This document shows, in pieces, positions 30,875-40,334 of a stretch of DNA of 64,000 nucleotides (its first letter is position 1; the number at the start of each line of letters is the position of its first letter). This DNA comes from an uncultured Chloroflexia bacterium. GTDB lineage: Bacteria > Chloroflexota > Anaerolineae > Anaerolineales > UBA4823. Below the pieces are notes generated by a model. That model had not been told where the DNA came from, did not search any database, and saw only the letters and a program-made list of their open reading frames with translations. The stretch covers positions 193,314 to 257,313 of the forward strand of contig CAWIYB010000003.1 of assembly GCA_963840255.1 (NCBI GenBank), read 5' to 3'. Position numbers and translations under genes: made by a program.

Positions 30875-31025
30875 TGATCAACGATCACCCCTAGCATAAA
30901 ACAATCTCAATAATCGAAGATCTCTAAATTGGGTCAATCTCAACCAATACCCCCCATGACGGTCTGGCAATCTTCCCCATACGCAGGGTAAAATAGGGCG
31001 TATTGATCGATTAGAGGAGCATGCC

Positions 31026-31871
31026 ATGCCTGACTGGTCTGACGGCTACGTGACCGCCAACAATCTCAAGATCCACTACTACCGCACCGGGGGCAGCAAA
31101 CCGCCGATGGTGATCAACCATGGGGCGGGTGATGACGGGCTGTGCTTCACCCACGTGGCGAAGCAATTGGAGCAAGACTATGACGTGATCATGCCGGATG
31201 GGCGCGGTCACGGCAAATCGTCCAGCGGGAAGAAGGATTACTGCTCCCAGCAGCGGGTGGAAGACCTGGCGGGGCTAATCAGGGCGCTCAAGCTCGATCA
31301 ACCGGTGGTAGGCGGGCATTCGCTGGGTGCCGACACCTCGATGAACCTGGCTGCCTGTTACCCCGAGCTGACGCGCGGCATTTTCTTGGAAGACCCACCG
31401 ATCATCCTGCCGGGGGAAACCTTCGGCGATGGCTCACAGACCATCAAGAGTGAGGATATCGGCAAGATGATGGCTAAATTCATGCGTATGTTCAAGCTGA
31501 TGCCAAAGTTCATCGGGGTGCCGATGGCGCGCAAAGCCTCTCCCACCTACCCGGAGGACGAGATCCAACCCTGGGTGGAGGCCAAGAAACGGGTGAGTTA
31601 CGACTTCCTGGGCTCGATGGCTACCATGCAGATACACCTGGTGGATCCCTTCGCCGTGTTCGAGAAGATCACCGTCCCCACGCTGCTGATCATCGGCGAC
31701 CGTGAAAAGATGTCCATCGTCTCGCAGGAGGCGGCGCAGGAAGCGAGGCGAGTGAACGATAAGGTGCGGGTGGTGCACCTGGCAGGCGCCAGCCATGACA
31801 TCCGCCGCACCCGTTTCGACGGCTATCTGCCGGCACTCAAACAGTTCCTGGGAGAGATGTACTCTGGCTGA
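31026..31871 (+). CDS. alpha/beta hydrolase
   Basis: HGAGDDG, the nucleophile elbow GGHSLGAD, and a C-terminal GASHD. Confidence 0.8.
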   Translation: MPDWSDGYVTANNLKIHYYRTGGSKPPMVINHGAGDDGLCFTHVAKQLEQDYDVIMPDGRGHGKSSSGKKDYCSQQRVEDLAGLIRALKLDQPVVGGHSLGADTSMNLAACYPELTRGIFLEDPPIILPGETFGDGSQTIKSEDIGKMMAKFMRMFKLMPKFIGVPMARKASPTYPEDEIQPWVEAKKRVSYDFLGSMATMQIHLVDPFAVFEKITVPTLLIIGDREKMSIVSQEAAQEARRVNDKVRVVHLAGASHDIRRTRFDGYLPALKQFLGEMYSG

Positions 31872-31883
31872 AATACAGTATTT

Positions 31884-31913
31884 GTAGAGGCGTCCCACCG
31901 AAACGTCTCCACA
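31884..31913. repeat. REP-like palindrome, family A (degenerate)
   Basis: GTAGAGGCGTcccaccgaaACGTCTCCAC. Confidence 0.55.
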
Positions 31914-31966
31914 GGCTATAATTGGCTTCAACCCGAATATACTTATATATCAATATGGAGGAGCGG

Positions 31967-32449
31967 ATGAGCAACACAAACTTGTTGGATGCCATCAGGA
32001 TCGTCAAAGAGAATGAAAGGATTGCCGCTGAGACCTACGCCAGCAATGCTAAAAATATATCCAACCCGTTGGGTAGGCAGCTGTTCGAGCAGCTGAGCGA
32101 GTTCGAGAAATTCCATTTCACCAAGATCAGCGAGCTGGAGAAATCATTGGCCGAAAAAGGCGCCTTTATATCTTATGACGGGAAAAACTTCCCCCTACCG
32201 CCGATATTTGAGGTAAAAGCCGCTCAAGAAACCGATCGAAAAAGTGCCGCTGGCATTGTATTGGATGCGATTGACCTGGAGAAAAGGACAGAAAAAACCT
32301 ACGCTGACCTGGCTGAGCAGATCAGCGACCCCGAAGGTCATGCCATGTTCAGCCGGCTCTCGGAAGAGGAACACAAACATTACCTGCTCCTCAGAGAAGC
32401 GTATTGGACCCTGTCTAACCTGGGTGTTTGGAAGTGGTCCCCTCCGTAA
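31967..32449 (+). CDS. ferritin-like / rubrerythrin-family protein
   Basis: Two E...ExxH-type helices (ENERIAAETY...EFEKFH and EKRTEKTY...EEEHKHY). An ATG at 31955 is an alternative start. Confidence 0.6.
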   Translation: MSNTNLLDAIRIVKENERIAAETYASNAKNISNPLGRQLFEQLSEFEKFHFTKISELEKSLAEKGAFISYDGKNFPLPPIFEVKAAQETDRKSAAGIVLDAIDLEKRTEKTYADLAEQISDPEGHAMFSRLSEEEHKHYLLLREAYWTLSNLGVWKWSPP

Positions 32450-32486
32450 TCTAAATAGTCCCAGAAGTCAATTTTTGCTGTCTTCT

Positions 32487-32517
32487 GGTAGAGATGCCCC
32501 GCCGGGGTGTCTCTACC
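32487..32517. repeat. REP-like palindrome, family A
   Basis: GGTAGAGATGCCCCgccGGGGTGTCTCTACC. Confidence 0.8.
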
Positions 32518-32549
32518 GACGAACAAGATGAACCCCACATAATACCGCT

Positions 32550-33284
32550 ATGAACATCCAGGAAATCCAGTCCAAGACCATCCTCTCCGCCTCCAAGATT
32601 TACCCCTATGTGATCAACCCCTTCGTGGGTTGCCAGCATAGCTGCGTGTACTGTTATGCCCACTTCATGAAGCGCTTCACCGGGCACAAGGAAGCGTGGG
32701 GACAGTTTGTCGACGTCAAGCTGAACGCCCCTGAGCTGTTGAAGCGGGAGATCACCCGCAAAAGACCTGACCGGGTGTGGGTGAGCGGGGTGTGTGACCC
32801 ATACCAGCCGCTGGAGGGGAAATATAAGCTCACCCGCCAGTGCCTGCAGATCCTGGCGGAAAATGATTGGCCGGTAACCGTCCAAACCCGCTCGCCGATG
32901 GTGCTGCGCGACCTGGACGTGCTGAAAATGGGGAAATATTTCGAGGTCGGGCTGAGCATCACCACTGCTGACGATGACATGCGCAAGCTGTTCGAGCCCA
33001 ATGCACCCTCCATCAACGAAAGGCTGCGGGCACTGGGCGAGCTGCACCAGGCGGGGATCCGCACCTATGCTATGATCGCCCCCATCCTGCCACATGCCGA
33101 GAGCCTGGCGAACGAGCTTATGGATAAAGTGGATTATGTGTGCCTCGACCGGATGAACTATCACTATGCCGATAAGGTGTACCGCAACCATGGACTGGAA
33201 GAATTCCTAAGCGAGGAGTATTTCTCCCGCACAGTAAGTGAGCTTGGTTTGGGGTTCGACCGCCTCGGCATCCCCTGCCTGTAA
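32550..33284 (+). CDS. radical SAM protein (small, SplB-related class)
   Basis: CQHSCVYCYA is a CxxxCxxC motif near the N-terminus. Confidence 0.7.
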   Translation: MNIQEIQSKTILSASKIYPYVINPFVGCQHSCVYCYAHFMKRFTGHKEAWGQFVDVKLNAPELLKREITRKRPDRVWVSGVCDPYQPLEGKYKLTRQCLQILAENDWPVTVQTRSPMVLRDLDVLKMGKYFEVGLSITTADDDMRKLFEPNAPSINERLRALGELHQAGIRTYAMIAPILPHAESLANELMDKVDYVCLDRMNYHYADKVYRNHGLEEFLSEEYFSRTVSELGLGFDRLGIPCL

Positions 33285-33368
33285 ATACCGACTGAAACAT
33301 GATAAAATGACCACGGGGGCAGCATCTTTGGGGGTGTTGTGTTTTACACACATAGGAGGATATAAATA

Positions 33369-33752
33369 ATGGCGAAAGTGCTTGGTGTTGGGGGAGTCTT
33401 TTTCAAATCACCCGACCCTCAGAAGCTCTGCGATTGGTATTCGCAGTGGCTCGGTCTCAACATTGAATCAGAATCGGGCATGTCCTTCGTCCCTTTCCAA
33501 CTAAACAGCATGCCCAAAAATGGCTACACGGTGTGGAGCGCATTCAACGCCACTACCTGCTACTTCTCACCCTCAGACAAGGAGTTCATGTTCAACCTGG
33601 TGGTGGATAACCTGGAAGAGGCCCTTCGCCAGGTGACGGAGGGTGGTGCCCAGCCGGTCGGTGATATCGAGAAGAGTGAATATGGCCGATTCGGTTGGTT
33701 CATGGACCCCGACAGGAACAAGGTGGAATTGTGGCAGCCGCCGGAGGCATAA
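33369..33752 (+). CDS. VOC/glyoxalase family protein
   Basis: LGVGGVFFKSPDP...GRFGWFMDPDRNKVELWQP. Confidence 0.75.
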   Translation: MAKVLGVGGVFFKSPDPQKLCDWYSQWLGLNIESESGMSFVPFQLNSMPKNGYTVWSAFNATTCYFSPSDKEFMFNLVVDNLEEALRQVTEGGAQPVGDIEKSEYGRFGWFMDPDRNKVELWQPPEA

Positions 33753-33762
33753 GGAGGTTAGC

Positions 33763-35118
33763 ATGAGAGAATTATTGCAAGATGCCGCGCAGCGCGCGAT
33801 CCGTTATCTCGAAGGTCTTGACTCTCGGGGCGTGGGACCAACCCCGGAAGCGGTGGCTAAACTCGCCGCACTAAACCAGCCGCTTCCCGAACAGGCGGGC
33901 GACCCAGAGCTGGTGCTCAAACAGCTGGATGAGGTTTGCTCTCCGGCGACCATGGCCATGGCTGGTCCCCGCTTTTTCGGCTTTGTGATCGGCGGGTCGT
34001 TGCCTGTGACCCTGGCTGCCAACTGGCTGGCGGGAGCCTGGGACCAGAACTCAGCTTATTACAACGCCATGCCAGCCACCTCATACCTTGAGCAAATCGC
34101 CCAGGGTTGGATCCTTGACCTGTTCGGCCTACCGCCTGAGTGTGAAGGGGCTTTCGTCACCGGGGCAACCATGGCCAACTTCACCGCTCTGGCAGCCGCC
34201 CGCCATGCCGTGCTCACGCGCATCGGCTGGAATGTTGAGGCCGACGGTCTGTTCAACGCTCCGCCGATCACGGTGGTCGTTGGCGCCGAAGCCCATCCCT
34301 CGCTGATCAAATCACTGGGGATGTTGGGTCTCGGCCGCAGCCGCACGGTGAAGGTGCCCACCGACTCTCAGGGCCGGTTAAACGCCAAGGCACTGCCGGC
34401 TTTGTCGGGTCCCACCATTGTGTGCGTGCAGGCCGGCAACGTCAACACCGGCGCGTTTGACCCGATTGCTGAGATCTGTGCAGTGGCGCACCGCCAGGGA
34501 GCGTGGGTGCATGTGGACGGTGCCTTCGGTCTGTGGGCTATGGCCGTCCCATCCATGGCGCAGCTCACTGCCGGCATTAACCAGGCCAATTCGTGGGCTA
34601 CCGACTTCCACAAGTGGCTCAACGTGCCCTATGACAGCGGGTTGGCGCTGGTGCGCGATGCCGATGCGCTGTGCGCCGCCATGGCCGTCACCGCCGAATA
34701 CCTCCCCACCGACAGCCCCTTCCGCAACCCGTCTGACTTCGTGCCCGAGTTGTCGCGGCGCGCCCGCGGGGTGGAAGTGTGGGCTGCCTTGCAGACGCTT
34801 GGGCGGAGCGGCGTGGCTGACCTGGTCGACCGCAACTGCCGCCAGGCCCGGCGGTTTGCCGAAGGATTGCAGTCAGCCGGTTACGAGGTGCTCAACGACG
34901 TGGTGCTCAACCAGGTGTTGGTGGCATTCGGCGATGCCGAGCAGACCCACCGGGTGATCTCAGGCATCCAGAGCGATGGCACCAGCTGGTGTGGAGGCAC
35001 GGTGTGGCACGGTCGCACGGCAATGCGCATCAGCGTCTCGTCCTGGGCGACCACCGACGAGGATGTGGAGCGGTCGTTGGAGGCAATGGTGAGGGTGGCG
35101 GGGAAGAGTAGCGGGTAA
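33763..35118 (+). CDS. PLP-dependent decarboxylase (group II, aspartate aminotransferase fold)
   Basis: GATMANFTALAAAR, HVDGAFGLWA and ATDFHKWLNVPYDSG (PLP-binding Lys). The ATG follows AAGGAGG. Confidence 0.8.
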   Translation: MRELLQDAAQRAIRYLEGLDSRGVGPTPEAVAKLAALNQPLPEQAGDPELVLKQLDEVCSPATMAMAGPRFFGFVIGGSLPVTLAANWLAGAWDQNSAYYNAMPATSYLEQIAQGWILDLFGLPPECEGAFVTGATMANFTALAAARHAVLTRIGWNVEADGLFNAPPITVVVGAEAHPSLIKSLGMLGLGRSRTVKVPTDSQGRLNAKALPALSGPTIVCVQAGNVNTGAFDPIAEICAVAHRQGAWVHVDGAFGLWAMAVPSMAQLTAGINQANSWATDFHKWLNVPYDSGLALVRDADALCAAMAVTAEYLPTDSPFRNPSDFVPELSRRARGVEVWAALQTLGRSGVADLVDRNCRQARRFAEGLQSAGYEVLNDVVLNQVLVAFGDAEQTHRVISGIQSDGTSWCGGTVWHGRTAMRISVSSWATTDEDVERSLEAMVRVAGKSSG

Positions 35119-35150
35119 TGAACAGGCAGTTGGGATGAGGCTTTTAAACA

Positions 35151-35583
35151 ATGAATTCACCGAAACGAACTATCAAAGCTCTGGGTGAGGTATCCATCCG
35201 CGTGACGGACCTCGATGCAATGCACAAATTTTACGCAGAAGTGGTGGGGCTCGAGATGTTGAGGCGGGAAGAGAATTTCGTGTTCTTCAAGATCGCCGAG
35301 GGTTATGGCGGTCATCCACAGGTGCTCAACCTGTTTATTGCCACCGATCGCTGGTTGCTAGAAAACAAATCTCCACTGCTCAGCCCGGAAGGGACGACAC
35401 TGCACCACGTCGCCCTAAACATCGCCCTGGAAGACTACGAAGCCGAAAATGAAGCGCCTCGAGGGGCTGGGGTTGAAGGTACATGCGGTAGAACATGAAT
35501 GGTTGCACGTCCGCTCGCTGTACTTCACAGACCCCGAGGGGAACCTGCTGGAGCTGGTGTGCTACGATAGAAGCGTGGGATAG
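35151..35583 (+). pseudogene. VOC/glyoxalase family gene with an apparent frameshift in the A-run at 35446-35449
   Basis: Frame 1 reads ...TLHHVALNIALEDYEAEN and then runs into nonsense and a stop at 35496-35498. The +1 frame starting from 35449 reads MKRLEGLGLKVHAVEHEWLHVRSLYFTDPEGNLLELVCYDRSVG*, a typical VOC C-terminus. Confidence 0.65.
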
Positions 35584-35664
35584 GCGCCCATGGTTCTTCG
35601 TGCTACCAGGCAAAGTAAATAGCGACGCCTGACCCGACTGTCTCAAATTATCGGGTATGCTGTG

Positions 35665-35699
35665 TTTGTAGAGACGCCCCGGTGAGACGTCTCTACAAA
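35665..35699. repeat. REP-like palindrome, family A
   Basis: TTTGTAGAGACGccccggtgagaCGTCTCTACAAA. Confidence 0.85.
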
Positions 35700-35714
35700 A
35701 TGAATAGAACATGC

Positions 35715-36494
35715 CTACCTGTTCTGGTCGGCATACTTCCACCACAGGTAGGTGGCCAGCATGCCCAGCAGGCAGGTAAACAACACGATCCAGATGCTGA
35801 CCGGTGCCAAAGGTGTTTTTCCCTGGGCGTACAGCATCGGCACCGCCCAGGGGAAGTATTCACCCCGCCCAAGTACCACCACCAGGTTCGCCGCCATCAC
35901 CGACAACACCGCCACACTGATGGGCAGCAGGTACCCCCGCCCAAGGCTGGCGAAGAACGCAAATGGCAGAGCCACCCCAATCACCAGGCAGGCGGTGATC
36001 AGCACGAGCCCACTGCCCTGCAGGACCACGCTGAGCGAGCCTCCTGGGAATCGGATCAGCGCCCCCATGACCAGGCTGGCGATGAAGATGACTGCTGTCA
36101 GCACCACCGACCAGATTGCCACCACGATAAATTTTGCCAGGATAATGCTCGCACGCTGCACCGGCACTGCCAGCAAGTCTTTCAGCGTGCCGTCCACAAA
36201 TTCGCGGCCAAATACCCAGCTAACCACCAACACGAGTATGAAGAACTCACCGGCAGACACAATCTGACCCAGCAATCCCATGTAGGTAGGCCAGTCGGTG
36301 GCCGCATATTGGACCAGGCTGGCTTTGGCACTGACCAACCCCAGCCTGCGGGAGATTTCCGGATTCTTCGCCACGAAAAGCAGGAAGGCGATCCCGAAGG
36401 GCATGAACAACGACCCCAATGCGGTCCACAGTGGCATTCGTGAACGGATGGCTTTGCGCAGCTCAATCCAAACCATATCGGTCAGGTTACTCAT
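35715..36494 (-). CDS. ABC-2 type transporter permease
   Basis: Polytopic 259-aa protein. Its start overlaps the stop codon of the upstream ATPase gene. Confidence 0.75.
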   Translation of the reverse strand: MSNLTDMVWIELRKAIRSRMPLWTALGSLFMPFGIAFLLFVAKNPEISRRLGLVSAKASLVQYAATDWPTYMGLLGQIVSAGEFFILVLVVSWVFGREFVDGTLKDLLAVPVQRASIILAKFIVVAIWSVVLTAVIFIASLVMGALIRFPGGSLSVVLQGSGLVLITACLVIGVALPFAFFASLGRGYLLPISVAVLSVMAANLVVVLGRGEYFPWAVPMLYAQGKTPLAPVSIWIVLFTCLLGMLATYLWWKYADQNR

Positions 36495-37416
36495 TTTGCG
36501 CCTCCCCTTCCATTCCCACCAGCCTTAGGAAGTACTGCTCCAGCTCTTCTTCCTCAACCAGCAGCTGGGTTGGAGGGTAGCCGGCCTCCACCAGCATCCG
36601 GTTGATGTCATCCGGGTGCTCGATTGAGGCTGCACTTTTGAGCGCGATGCTCCCATCGGTCAGGATTTCGGCCGCCTCACCGCTGGCAAGCAACACTCGC
36701 CGGGCTGATTCGGTATCGACCGCCCTTATCAGCAGCCGACGCCTGCGGTTGCGCTCCAGCTCATCGATATTCAATTCTTTTAACAGGTGCCCCTGGTGGA
36801 TGATCCCGATCCGCCCGGCCAGCCGCGAGACTTCAGCCAGGATGTGGCTGGACATGAACACCGTCCCACCACGCTCACGGGTGAGCTCGAGCAGCAGCTG
36901 GCGGATCTCGACGATCCCCGCTGGGTCTAGCCCGTTGGCCGGCTCGTCAAGGATGAGCAGCCTGGGGTTGTGAAGCATCGCTTTGGCCAGTCCCAGCCGC
37001 TGGGCATTGCCGTGTGAAAGTGTGCCTGTCCGCCGGTTGGCATAGGCTGCCAGTCCCAGCCTATCGATGGTTTGCCCAACTGCCGATTTCGGGGTGCCCG
37101 GGTGCAGGCGCCTGCTCACCTCCAGGTTCTCGTAGACCGTCAGCTCCGGGTAGGCATGCGGATCCTCCACCATGTAGCCCACCGCTTCCCAGGGCTCACG
37201 GTTGCCGACGACCACCCTGGTTTCAAGCACATTGGCGTATCCGCTGGTAGGCTTGATCATCCCCAGCAGCATGCGGATGGTGGTGGTCTTGCCTGCGCCA
37301 TTCAGTCCCAGGAACGCATAAATCTCTCCCTCACTTACCTGCAGGGAGAGCTGCTCGACAGCTCTTACATCCCGGTAGCGCTTGCCGAGGTCGTAGGTCT
37401 CAATCGGTAATTTCAT
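36487..37416 (-). CDS. ABC transporter ATP-binding protein
   Basis: Walker A GLNGAGKTT, signature LSHGNAQRL and Walker B LLILDEPANGLD. Confidence 0.92.
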   Translation of the reverse strand: MKLPIETYDLGKRYRDVRAVEQLSLQVSEGEIYAFLGLNGAGKTTTIRMLLGMIKPTSGYANVLETRVVVGNREPWEAVGYMVEDPHAYPELTVYENLEVSRRLHPGTPKSAVGQTIDRLGLAAYANRRTGTLSHGNAQRLGLAKAMLHNPRLLILDEPANGLDPAGIVEIRQLLLELTRERGGTVFMSSHILAEVSRLAGRIGIIHQGHLLKELNIDELERNRRRRLLIRAVDTESARRVLLASGEAAEILTDGSIALKSAASIEHPDDINRMLVEAGYPPTQLLVEEEELEQYFLRLVGMEGEAQNE

Positions 37417-37702
37417 ATCCGCTTCCCTTCTCCTGGATCAGCCACGAAATGATTATAGTCGAATTTGTTGCAGCGGTACGTCAGCACGGCGCCTGGTCTC
37501 GCAGCCAGAATTGGAATGCACGTGCCCGTGTACTGGAGTGCTGCCTGTAAAGGGTATAAGTCAGCTGGCTCACCGCATTGACGAGGCGGTCGCCTGAACG
37601 AGTGATGAAAGGAGGCAAGTGATTCGTGATCACAGCGGTCAGATCTATTTCACCGGGAAACCTTAATCAATGAAGGTTTCCGTCCAACCAAAGGAGAATA
37701 GT

Positions 37703-38851
37703 ATGAAAATCGGCAATTTGGATTTCAAGGATTATGCGGCCAAGAAGCCGCTAACTTTTTCACCCACGGGTAAATTCCTCTATGCCAAAGACCTGGTAGA
37801 CGCACCCCGCCTGGGCCTGGGATCGCTGTTTGCCCTGCCTGCGGAGCAACAGACCACCCTCACCGTGGAGCGCTACGCCCTCGAACCGAACTTCTCGCTC
37901 GCCATCATCGGCGCCGGCGTGATCACCAAGGAAGATGCCATCGAAAATATCAAGGAGAGCACCCGCATCGGCAACCAGCTGGTGCAGGCTGAAATGGCAT
38001 ACTGCAACGAGCTCATCGCCAGCCTGGCCCCCGGCCCACTGCCTGAATACCCGGTCATGCCGCCGTTTCCGGTTATCCCCAAGCCCTATTGGAGACAAAA
38101 GGTCCGCTGCATCTGGCTCAAGCTGAAGACGCGGGCGTTGTTCTGCGAAAACACCACCGATGGCGTCACCACACCCTTTACCGTTTACCGTATCAAGAAC
38201 GTCCATCCTGAATTCACCGCCGCCGGCTACACGGTGATCGTGCTGCAGGGCATCAATGACACGCGAGCCAACTTCGTCCCCCAGGCGAAAAACGGCCTCA
38301 CCGTGTATATCAGCGGCATCGGTCATGGGAACTACACCACCTACACCGGGCATATGGGCGACCATATACTGGAAGTCTGCCAATACGACCCTGCAGAGGT
38401 CAAGGGCAAGGCGATCCATTTCCTCAGCTGCGAGACCGCCGGTCAGCTGGGACCCGACACCGTGGCGAAAGGTGCCAGGTGCTACGCCGGCTACACCGAG
38501 AACTTCATCCTGCAGTGGGATAGCCCCGCCACCCCGGCGGTGAATGAGTTCGAGTTGTTCGCCCGCTCCGACAGCACCTTCGATATCAGCATGGCTCATG
38601 GTGCCACCGCCCAGGACGCCTACAATGCGACCGTCGCCGCCTTCAACGCCTCCATCGCTACAGTGCCCGGCTCTGTGGCAGCCAGCTACCTCACCTACGA
38701 TCGCGACCATCTTAAGCTGTGCGGTGACCCAGCCACCAAGATCCTGCCCTACCGCTACGTGAAGATCTGCTTCCCGATGATGGAGATCGAGAAGGAATTC
38801 TGCGCTGGCGACGGCTGGAGAGCTGGTCGATTGATGCTCTCCTGGCTTTGA
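37703..38851 (+). CDS. uncharacterized protein with a clan-CD-like (gingipain/CHAT-like) His-Gly...Cys motif
   Basis: VYISGIGHGN, then 34 residues, then AIHFLSCETAGQ. The N-terminal domain of about 110 aa is paralogous to the next small gene. The ATG at 37703 follows AAGGAG. The 366-aa antisense ORF is judged a shadow. Confidence 0.45.
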   Translation: MKIGNLDFKDYAAKKPLTFSPTGKFLYAKDLVDAPRLGLGSLFALPAEQQTTLTVERYALEPNFSLAIIGAGVITKEDAIENIKESTRIGNQLVQAEMAYCNELIASLAPGPLPEYPVMPPFPVIPKPYWRQKVRCIWLKLKTRALFCENTTDGVTTPFTVYRIKNVHPEFTAAGYTVIVLQGINDTRANFVPQAKNGLTVYISGIGHGNYTTYTGHMGDHILEVCQYDPAEVKGKAIHFLSCETAGQLGPDTVAKGARCYAGYTENFILQWDSPATPAVNEFELFARSDSTFDISMAHGATAQDAYNATVAAFNASIATVPGSVAASYLTYDRDHLKLCGDPATKILPYRYVKICFPMMEIEKEFCAGDGWRAGRLMLSWL

Positions 38852-39067
38852 GAGTCGCACAATTCAAGCAACACACCACCCGAGGGGGCTGCCTGCACTG
38901 CCCGGAAGCCCCCTCCAGACAATTACCTGCTCCCATGATGCGCGTTTACACGGCGGGGTGGGCCCGGATGTTATAATGGAATTGCCGGGTAACTACATGA
39001 AACATAGCTAAATGGCGAGTATCTACCATGCAGATTGAGGCGGTAGAACCGGCGGAGGGTTTGTGCC

Positions 39068-39403
39068 ATGCCACTTCCCAAGCTCAATGCAGACGCTCAA
39101 AAACAGCCGCTGTGTTACGACCACGAACGGGATAAATTCATCTACTACCAGGAGATCATCACCCGCAAGGAGAAAATTATCCCGGTGGATGCGCTCTCCG
39201 ATGACGATTTTAAAAAGCTGGTGATCAAGCGCGTCCGCTCCAGCCTTGAGTTCACCGGAGGACCGATGACCGGCCCGTTTTACTCTCGCGACGATACCAT
39301 CAAGGCTATCAAGGGCAACACCAAGTTTGGCCAGCAAACCCTGGAAGCACAGAAGTCGATGCTGCGCGACCTGCTGGCGGACATCGAGCAGAACCTGGAG
39401 TAA
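39068..39403 (+). CDS. small protein paralogous to the N-terminal domain of the 37703..38851 product
   Basis: KQPLCYDHERDKFIYYQEI aligns with KKPLTFSPTGKFLYAKDLV, and YSRDDTIKAIKGNTKFGQQTLEAQKSMLRDLLADI aligns with ITKEDAIENIKESTRIGNQLVQAEMAYCNELIASL. Confidence 0.55.
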   Translation: MPLPKLNADAQKQPLCYDHERDKFIYYQEIITRKEKIIPVDALSDDDFKKLVIKRVRSSLEFTGGPMTGPFYSRDDTIKAIKGNTKFGQQTLEAQKSMLRDLLADIEQNLE

Positions 39404-39628
39404 CGGGGTAGCGTAGGCAGGCGGGTATAACAGCACCACGATGGTTTTGGATGTAAAACTGTAAAGCACACCTCCTCTTCTGGGGTGAGTTTTGGGAGGG
39501 GTTGGAGCATGTCAAGGAGAATAAAGGTCGTTCTACTGGCCGTGTTATTCGTTCTGGCAATCCCTGTTTATACTTCGGTCGCCCTTCCCTTCGCCTTCAC
39601 CAGTTATCTCCCGCAGGGACGCTCTTTT

Positions 39629-39659
39629 CCTCCCCCATTTAGTCTCTAAATGGGGGAGG
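39629..39659. repeat. G/C-capped hairpin, family C
   Basis: CCTCCCCCATTTAgtctcTAAATGGGGGAGG. Confidence 0.75.
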
Positions 39660-39698
39660 CCTGGTCCCCCCTGGGTTTGGGGGGAGAGGAGGGGGTGC

Positions 39699-40258
39699 TC
39701 ACTCCGCAGGCGGGTGCTCGGTCTTTTTCGCCAGCTTGCGGATGCGCTCCAGCTTGAGCTCGCCGGATGCGCCCCAACCGGCAGTCCCTTCGGGCACGCC
39801 GGGCGGAACTGCTCGTAGAGCCTGTAGGCGTGCTGCTCGAGCTCCAGCGGAGGGAAAGTCTCTGCCAGGCTTTCCAGGGCAGCCTGCACCTCACCCAGCG
39901 CATCACCGAACTTTTTCTCCAGGTAGCGCTCGACGCTTTTGGGATCGATGGCCTCACCTTTGGCGGTTGCCCGCAGCCCGCTCTCCGTTTGTATCGCCGG
40001 CACCATTCTGCCCACCACTTCCACCAGCCGCGTTTCGCCCGCCTGGGGTTGCCTGGAACTTTCGGCAATTTTCGCCTCCAACTCCATTTCGGACGGTGAA
40101 AAAATGCCCAGGCGCTGGCCTTTGGATTGGGCGTTTAGCCCCGCCACGGCTTTCCCGAGGGTCAGGGCTTCGTCATGCTGGTAGCCGAGCCTTTCCGCCA
40201 CGATGACGCCCCACAAAGTGAGTACCGGGGCGCGGTTGACCTTGATGGTATCTGCCAT
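39699..40258 (-). pseudogene. conserved hypothetical gene with a probable 1-nt frameshift near 39795-39800
   Basis: The N-terminal 165 aa (MADTIKVNRAPVLTLWGVIVAERLGYQHDEALTLGKAVAGLNAQSKG...AYRLYEQFRPA) look genuine. The same frame then gives low-complexity text that runs through repeat C. The shifted frame reads VPEGTAGWGASGELKLERIRKLAKKTEHPPAE and stops at 39699-39701. Confidence 0.5.
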
Positions 40259-40334
40259 GCTGCTGTCCTCCTGAGGTGCCTGTGGATGGATGGAATTGTA
40301 CCTCCGGCGACCTCATTCGGTCAGCTCGACCGCC

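Noticed and set aside
32451-33191. 246-aa minus-strand ORF.
   Set aside because: It is antisense to the radical SAM gene, which carries the CxxxCxxC motif.
35682-36443. 253-aa plus-strand ORF.
   Set aside because: It is antisense to the ABC-2 permease and gives a His/Gln/Pro-rich nonsense-like translation.
37760-38860. 366-aa minus-strand ORF.
   Set aside because: It is antisense to the clan-CD-like gene and its translation is Gly/Ala/Arg/His-rich without motifs. The plus-strand gene has an RBS and a paralogous neighbour.
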